From: Synechococcus sp.
GTDB lineage: Bacteria; Cyanobacteriota; Cyanobacteriia; Thermostichales; PCC-7336
NCBI GenBank assembly: GCA_051439425.1
Contig: JBFRWD010000002.1
Coordinates: 1 to 12,367, forward strand
DNA length: 12,367 nt
Direction: 5' to 3'
The position numbers were made by a program, and so were the translations under genes. Each line of letters starts with the position of its first letter. Within the stretch, counting starts at the first letter, position 1. Below the pieces are notes generated by a model. The model saw only the letters and a list, made by a program, of their open reading frames with translations. It did no database searches and was not told the origin of the DNA. Positions 7,716 through 12,367 of this stretch are shown here, piece after piece.

Positions 7716-8882
7716 ATGCCAGCCTCAACCAATCAGCTACGCAAAAATAATCCTCGCCATTTGGCTGCCCTCCTGGCCTCTATGGTGGTGGTGTTTTTAG
7801 CTGGGCTCATGGTTGGGGGAGAGGGCCATAACATTTCGCTCAGTGCTTTAGACAGCGTGCCGTTTGCGATCGTCGCCATCATGGCTTACGTCGGGGAAAA
7901 ACGACTGTGGGTCAAAGTCTTCTGTCTCGTGACGCTTGGTATAGCGTTCGCCATTGCCGTTCTGGCACTGGTTGGCCTGGGAATAGGGGTCGTTCTCGGC
8001 CCAGATATCGTGGATCTTTACTCCGATCCTGCAATTTTCGAGCGATACGGCCAACAATTACTGGAAACGACCGGCAAGCTCGTAATTGGCACACTTGTAT
8101 CTCTGGTTTTGGCAGGGTTGATTTTCATTCCTTCTATCCGACAGGGCATCGCCCGCATTCTCCCCATCGACCCCAACTCCTTTACCCATACCATTGCGTT
8201 CGTTCTGGTCACGGCCATGACACTGCTCTGCTTTGTGCCGCTGATTGTGCTAGCTGTTCCAATCATCACCTCAATGTCGTCAGCCATGTTGGAACAGGGG
8301 GAAAGTTTGACCGTTCGCAGCCCCTCCGGACTGTTGAGAGATGAAGTGTATGGGTTGCTGTGGCTATTGCCGACGGCAGCGATCGCCGTTGGATACGGCC
8401 TGAAACGCAATTTCCGAGAGACACTGGATCGGTTGGGACTGCACAAACCCACAGGACGGCAGATTGGGTTGGGGTTAGGCTTCGGGGCTGCATTGGTGCT
8501 ACTCGCCACTCTGGTGTCACCGGGCATTGAATGGGTGTGGCAATTGCTGGGATGGCCGCAAACGGATGAAGGCGCCTTTCGAGAATTGGCGGAGTTCTTT
8601 TTTAGTCCTGTTGGAGCCTTAGTAATTGGTGTGACGGCTGGTTTGGGGGAAGAGCTAGCGTTTCGAGGAGTTCTGCAACCTCGGTTGGGACTCTGGTTGT
8701 CCAACCTATTTTTCACCAGCATTCATGCCTTTCAATACAATTGGGACACCCTGATTCTGATTTTTATCGTGGGCGCAGTGTGTGGAATTGTGCGCCAGCG
8801 AATCAATACAACCACCTGTGCGATCGTACACGGCGCTTATAATTTCCTACTGATCGCGCTGGTGGTGTTGCAGGACTCCTGA
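7716..8882 (+). CDS. CPBP family (Abi/CAAX type II) intramembrane glutamic endopeptidase with an extended multi-TM N-terminus
   Basis: It has many hydrophobic segments and the C-terminal motifs 'AGLGEELAFRG' (EExxxR), 'FTSIH' (FxxxH) and 'HGAYN' (HxxxN). Confidence 0.9.
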   Translation: MPASTNQLRKNNPRHLAALLASMVVVFLAGLMVGGEGHNISLSALDSVPFAIVAIMAYVGEKRLWVKVFCLVTLGIAFAIAVLALVGLGIGVVLGPDIVDLYSDPAIFERYGQQLLETTGKLVIGTLVSLVLAGLIFIPSIRQGIARILPIDPNSFTHTIAFVLVTAMTLLCFVPLIVLAVPIITSMSSAMLEQGESLTVRSPSGLLRDEVYGLLWLLPTAAIAVGYGLKRNFRETLDRLGLHKPTGRQIGLGLGFGAALVLLATLVSPGIEWVWQLLGWPQTDEGAFRELAEFFFSPVGALVIGVTAGLGEELAFRGVLQPRLGLWLSNLFFTSIHAFQYNWDTLILIFIVGAVCGIVRQRINTTTCAIVHGAYNFLLIALVVLQDS

Positions 8883-8926
8883 ATTTAGGCGTGAATTTAA
8901 GGCACGTAGTCGCGGACTTAAGCAGA

Positions 8927-9415
8927 ATGACGTCCTCTCAGCAGCCCCCTTCAGTTCCTTCTCCTTCTCACTTTCAATTCGAATCAGACTTCATTCAATC
9001 CTGGCGCTGCATCCCGATGCGAGTCCGTCTCAACCTGGACACCTGTGGGGTCAAGTTGAAATTGGTCCATTGGCATGCACTGGGGGAGTCAGAGCGACAA
9101 GAGTTAGTTGCCATGCCCTGCGAAACTGAAACCGAAGCCTCACACTATCGCGAGCATTTGCTGGGCGTCGTGCGCGATCGCTACGGCTCGGCCCCCAAAC
9201 GACTCGACATTCCTGACAACCCCGCTTGGGATAACAGCAGCACTATTCCCGAAGATGTGGTGGAGAAAGGCAAAGAATTTGATTTCGAGATGAACTCCAA
9301 GCAATGGGCTGGCCTCGATCGCCTGCAGCGCTTTGCCCTTATCAAACTGAGTCGTCCCAGCCATGAGAACAAGAATTTTTATCCGGCACTAAAGGAGTTT
9401 GGACTGGTTGAGTGA
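8927..9415 (+). CDS. narM: Nitrate reductase associated protein
   Basis: Family motifs are 'FQFESDF..SWRCIPMRVRLNLDTCGVKLKLVHW', 'P.W.....IP' and 'QW..L..LQRFALIKLSRPSHENKNFYPALKEFGL'. Start placed at ATG 8927; the track uses GTG 8891. Confidence 0.88.
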   Translation: MTSSQQPPSVPSPSHFQFESDFIQSWRCIPMRVRLNLDTCGVKLKLVHWHALGESERQELVAMPCETETEASHYREHLLGVVRDRYGSAPKRLDIPDNPAWDNSSTIPEDVVEKGKEFDFEMNSKQWAGLDRLQRFALIKLSRPSHENKNFYPALKEFGLVE

Positions 9416-9454
9416 AGGGGGGAGGGGGCTGGTGGTTGGGGAGAACTTCTGATG

Positions 9455-9530
9455 GGTCATTGGTCATTCGTCACTCGTCATTAGTCAGCCCCATCCAAAA
9501 CGAAGGACCAAGGACCAAGGAACTAAGAAC
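9455..9530. repeat. STRR-like heptamer tandem repeats between convergent genes
   Basis: GGTCATT-GGTCATT-CGTCACT-CGTCATT-AGTCA (9455-9487) is followed by AAGGACC-AAGGACC-AAGGAAC-TAAGAAC (9503-9530). These resemble cyanobacterial short tandemly repeated repetitive sequences. Confidence 0.7.
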
Positions 9531-9542
9531 AACTCATTTCCC

Positions 9543-9971
9543 TCACCCACAAACATCCCTAACCATTGCCGCATCTACAGTCGGAAACAATGAGTTCAAT
9601 TCCGACATACTCCAGTTTCCTGTACAAACATTCTTGCGGATGTTGTAGCGGACGATCGCAGATGATTCGGGAGCGGAGCTACTAGCCGATGTACTGGGGG
9701 TGAATTCGATGGTATTTTCTTCAGTTGCACTCGATTCAGCTACCTCGCTGGACTCTGCAGGTTCGCTGCCAGCAGCAGTTCCTGCACCTAAGTCTTCTTG
9801 ACTGACAGAATCACCTTCAAACTCGGGCAGGTTGCTGTCAGTATCGACCTCGATGTCGCGAGATCGCTCGATTGTTGTCTGGCTCAGTGCAGCTCCTGCA
9901 AATCCCCCTTGCAGTAGTACCAGTCCCAATAAAAGACCCATCCCTCGAATTCGAATCATCACCACACCCAT
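9543..9971 (-). CDS. Hypothetical secreted protein: signal peptide, acidic Ser/Glu-rich linker, short C-terminal two-Cys domain
   Basis: A basic then hydrophobic N-terminus ends in 'AALS|Q'. The middle is low-complexity and the C-terminus reads 'NIRKNVCTGNW...VRDVCG'. It fills the gap co-directionally behind DUF4336. The exact start is uncertain. Confidence 0.7.
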   Translation of the reverse strand: MGVVMIRIRGMGLLLGLVLLQGGFAGAALSQTTIERSRDIEVDTDSNLPEFEGDSVSQEDLGAGTAAGSEPAESSEVAESSATEENTIEFTPSTSASSSAPESSAIVRYNIRKNVCTGNWSMSELNSLFPTVDAAMVRDVCG

Positions 9972-10057
9972 TCACCAGTCACCTATTGCTCCAATTATTC
10001 ACATCGAACGGTAGAGCTGCTAGGGGAGAAATTGTACGGAAAAGGTTGCATTTCTAC

Positions 10058-11272
10058 CTACGATCGCGGAGGTGTAATTCCCCGCTTGCTCAGCGTCTCA
10101 TCCAAATCTTGCAGCAGTCCAAAATCTTCTTCCGGCAGTGCCCCACCAGCCGTGCCAGTCGCGAGGAAATCGAACGCCTGTCGAAATTCAGTGGGAGTGG
10201 TCACAATCGGTGAATCCAGGTGGCAGGGGATAATACGCTCGAAATTCCACCGGGCAACAGCGTCGGCCCAATCCAAAGTTTGCTGAGAGTCGCGGTTGAG
10301 AATCAGTCGTTGCAAAATCGGAGCGACAAACAGTCGTCCATTGCCGCGCAGCGCTTCAAAAGAGCGTCGCCAATCGGTTCCCCATTCCCACGGCAACAGT
10401 CCAAAGTAATTTTTGACCGATCGACTTGATGCGCCGAACGCGGCCTTCAAACACTTGCCTACCGACAGAGTTTCCAACGCTGCTGGACGAAAGTAAAAGG
10501 AGAACAGTGCAATGCGTTCCCAACCTTTGCGACGGTTATTAGCAGTGTCTTCCAGGCGATCGGAGACGCGATCGCGGGCATGGAACAGGAGCGGAAACGG
10601 ATCGAGCTGCAAGATGGCCGGTGGCTCGGCAGGAATCGATACGATCGTGTCCGTCACCAACAACGTGCGAGAGGCTTTGTGAAATAAGACCGCTTCTTCA
10701 AATGGCCCTAATCCTAGGCTAATGGGGCCAAGGGTGGCGTAATCAAACTCATCGGCAAAGGGTGCATCGGTACTGTTATCGGGCAGCAGGTGGGTTCGCT
10801 TGCGGGGAAATCCTAACCAGCTCAAAGGCAAATCCAGCGGATAGCTCCATTGGTGTTTGGCGACGTATACCTGAGCATTTGGAAATTTGCGGGCAAAGGG
10901 AGCTGCAAAAACTTTGTGCTCTACCCCGGAAACTGTTGGCAGCACAATGTATTTGACATCGCCGTGCTGCTCGATCAAGTCTTGCATCAACCCCAAACAT
11001 TCGCGAGTGGGGGCAACGGGAGCATACACCAACAATCCACCTGCATCGAGGCGAACAACGGTCATGCGGATCGGTACAACGACGTAAAAAATGCCCTGCA
11101 GTTGATCGAATGTCCAAATGCGATCGCTCACCACTTCCCGACGCAACGTCCGCCGCTTGCCGTAGGGATAAATGGGCACTATCGGCCAAAACGGCCATGA
11201 CCAATCGCCAGACCGTACCGCTGCAGTTGCTTGTCCATCCACTGCTTGCCGATCTACCACGCGATTGCTCAC
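10058..11272 (-). CDS. DUF4336 domain-containing protein (metallo-beta-lactamase-like fold)
   Basis: Motifs 'DWSWPFWPIVPIYPYGKRRTLRREVV..RIWTFDQLQG...VVVPIRMTVVRL..GGLLVYAPVAPT', 'EHKVF' and 'RIIPCHLD' are typical of cyanobacterial DUF4336 proteins. Confidence 0.88.
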   Translation of the reverse strand: MSNRVVDRQAVDGQATAAVRSGDWSWPFWPIVPIYPYGKRRTLRREVVSDRIWTFDQLQGIFYVVVPIRMTVVRLDAGGLLVYAPVAPTRECLGLMQDLIEQHGDVKYIVLPTVSGVEHKVFAAPFARKFPNAQVYVAKHQWSYPLDLPLSWLGFPRKRTHLLPDNSTDAPFADEFDYATLGPISLGLGPFEEAVLFHKASRTLLVTDTIVSIPAEPPAILQLDPFPLLFHARDRVSDRLEDTANNRRKGWERIALFSFYFRPAALETLSVGKCLKAAFGASSRSVKNYFGLLPWEWGTDWRRSFEALRGNGRLFVAPILQRLILNRDSQQTLDWADAVARWNFERIIPCHLDSPIVTTPTEFRQAFDFLATGTAGGALPEEDFGLLQDLDETLSKRGITPPRS

Positions 11273-11416
11273 TCCACGGTTCCGTTTAATTCCCCTTCTA
11301 ATCTACAGAAGCTCGCCCCCATTTGAGTTCTACCCTTGCCCTTCTCCCATCTCTCCTGGCAAAAATCGAGCTTGAATGAAGACAATCGTCTGAGGGGAAT
11401 GCTGGGGCCAAGAACT

Positions 11417-11887
11417 ATGCTGGCAAACAAACTGAGACCCTGGGGCACCTGCTGTCTGGCGCTCGGCATAGTAGCAGGCGGACTTACGCCACAGGCACTA
11501 GCTGAAGAATGGGAATTTTTTGCGGCAGGAAGCGATAGCTATCGCCATTACATCGACATGGAGTCGATTCAGTGGGGCGATCGCGAATCAGGCACCATCT
11601 CTGCAAGCTTCAGCAGCAACCAGGAAGGCGATGTGTACAGCATGACTCTTCATTGCGATCCCGCCAGTGCCAACTATGGCACCTATTTACTGGATGGCTA
11701 TCCGCAGCCGCTGTATCTCGAAACCATTGTGGAATCTGCGCGCAGCATTCTTTGCCTCAGCCCCTGCAACCCATTCTCAATCCCGGCAAACACCTTCGTT
11801 CCAGATCGGTCTACCCAGCTAGCAGATGAGTTTTGGTCCGATCGTCGCTGCCCAACTTCGGTCTCTGAACCCAGTGACGTGAGCTAA
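11417..11887 (+). CDS. Hypothetical secreted protein
   Basis: A signal peptide 'MLANKLRPWGTCCLALGIVAGGLTPQALA|EEW' is followed by 'WEFFA.......YID..SI', loosely like surface-adhesin-E-type beta domains. The mature part has 4 Cys. The track start at 11336 is probably too long. Confidence 0.65.
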   Translation: MLANKLRPWGTCCLALGIVAGGLTPQALAEEWEFFAAGSDSYRHYIDMESIQWGDRESGTISASFSSNQEGDVYSMTLHCDPASANYGTYLLDGYPQPLYLETIVESARSILCLSPCNPFSIPANTFVPDRSTQLADEFWSDRRCPTSVSEPSDVS

Positions 11888-11996
11888 ATGCATCGATTGC
11901 ATCTGTAGAATCGATAGCGCTAAAGGGCGATCGCTTGCGAAGCTGGAACCATCTGCAGAATCCAGACATCGTTCCACGTTCGCATTCGTAACCCAA

Positions 11997-12367
11997 TTGA
12001 CTTCCACGAAATCTCCCTCGATCGCCCCTCAGTTTTTTCGGCTGGCCGCGATCAATATTTTGTCCAATGTCACCACGCCCTTAGCTGGCATTGTGGACGT
12101 GGCCTTTTTGGGGCACTTGGCAGAAGTCAAACATCTGGCAGGTGTAGCGCTGGCTAGCGTGCTGTTCGAGTATCTGTACTGGTCCTTCGGCTTTCTACGC
12201 ATGGCCACAACAGGTCTAACGGCGCAGGCGGTGGGACGAGGCAATCGCCAAGAAGCACTCTTGGTCGGGGTGCGAAACGGAGCGATCGCGATCGCGGTAG
12301 GCACCATCATAGTGCTGTTGCAACTGCCGATTCGCGAGTTGGGATTTTGGCTGCTGCAGGGAGACCC
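11997..12367 (+). CDS. dinF: MATE family efflux transporter (DinF-like), 5' part, runs off the window
   Basis: Translated by hand from TTG 11997: LTSTKSPSIAPQFFRLAAINILSNVTTPLAGIVDVAFLGHLAEVKHLAGVALASVLFEYLYWSFGFLRMATTGLTAQAVGRGN..., the characteristic DinF N-terminus. It is absent from the ORF track because there is no stop in the window. The start codon is uncertain. Confidence 0.88.
   Translation, partial: MTSTKSPSIAPQFFRLAAINILSNVTTPLAGIVDVAFLGHLAEVKHLAGVALASVLFEYLYWSFGFLRMATTGLTAQAVGRGNRQEALLVGVRNGAIAIAVGTIIVLLQLPIRELGFWLLQGD

Larger units (their letters stand above)
2266..12295. repeat. Dispersed HIP1 octamers (GCGATCGC)
   Basis: About 15 copies counted by eye, e.g. 2266, 3671, about 5553, 6434, 7054, 8378, 11927 and an overlapping pair at 12282/12288. 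This is far above chance and is a cyanobacterial hallmark. Confidence 0.9.

Noticed and set aside
8018..8722. 234-aa antisense ORF inside the CPBP gene
   Set aside because: It lies entirely opposite a well-supported gene and has no recognisable motifs.
7716..8882. CPBP protease as a RiPP/bacteriocin processing enzyme for the Cys-repeat protein
   Set aside because: It is 3 kb away on the opposite strand, separated by an unrelated regulator, and no modifying enzymes or peptide exporters are present.
12029..12310. 93-aa minus-strand ORF from the track
   Set aside because: It is antisense to the clearly recognisable DinF/MATE reading frame.

Overview
This is a cyanobacterial chromosomal window: it carries about 15 HIP1 GCGATCGC octamers, heptamer STRR-like repeats and several cyanobacteria-typical gene families. 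Gene order: Uma2/DUF820 endonuclease (+); FAD-oxidoreductase::SelD selenophosphate synthetase fusion (-); exported YHS-domain protein with an 11-Cys (N/D)PCAA repeat tract (-); MocR/GabR-type GntR-PLP regulator (-), divergent from a 77-aa hypothetical protein across a three-box CTAGTACA operator; CPBP/Abi intramembrane protease (+); narM (+); secreted acidic hypothetical protein (-); DUF4336 protein (-); secreted Cys-containing hypothetical protein (+); and the 5' part of a DinF-type MATE transporter (+), which is missing from the ORF track. The most interesting signals are (1) the Cys-repeat YHS protein directly upstream of the selD fusion, a possible uncharacterised selenium/thiol/metal module, (2) a 36-bp near-perfect palindrome with an alternative pairing partner upstream of it, and (3) the MocR operator with its small target gene. 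All family calls come from motif recognition, not database searches.
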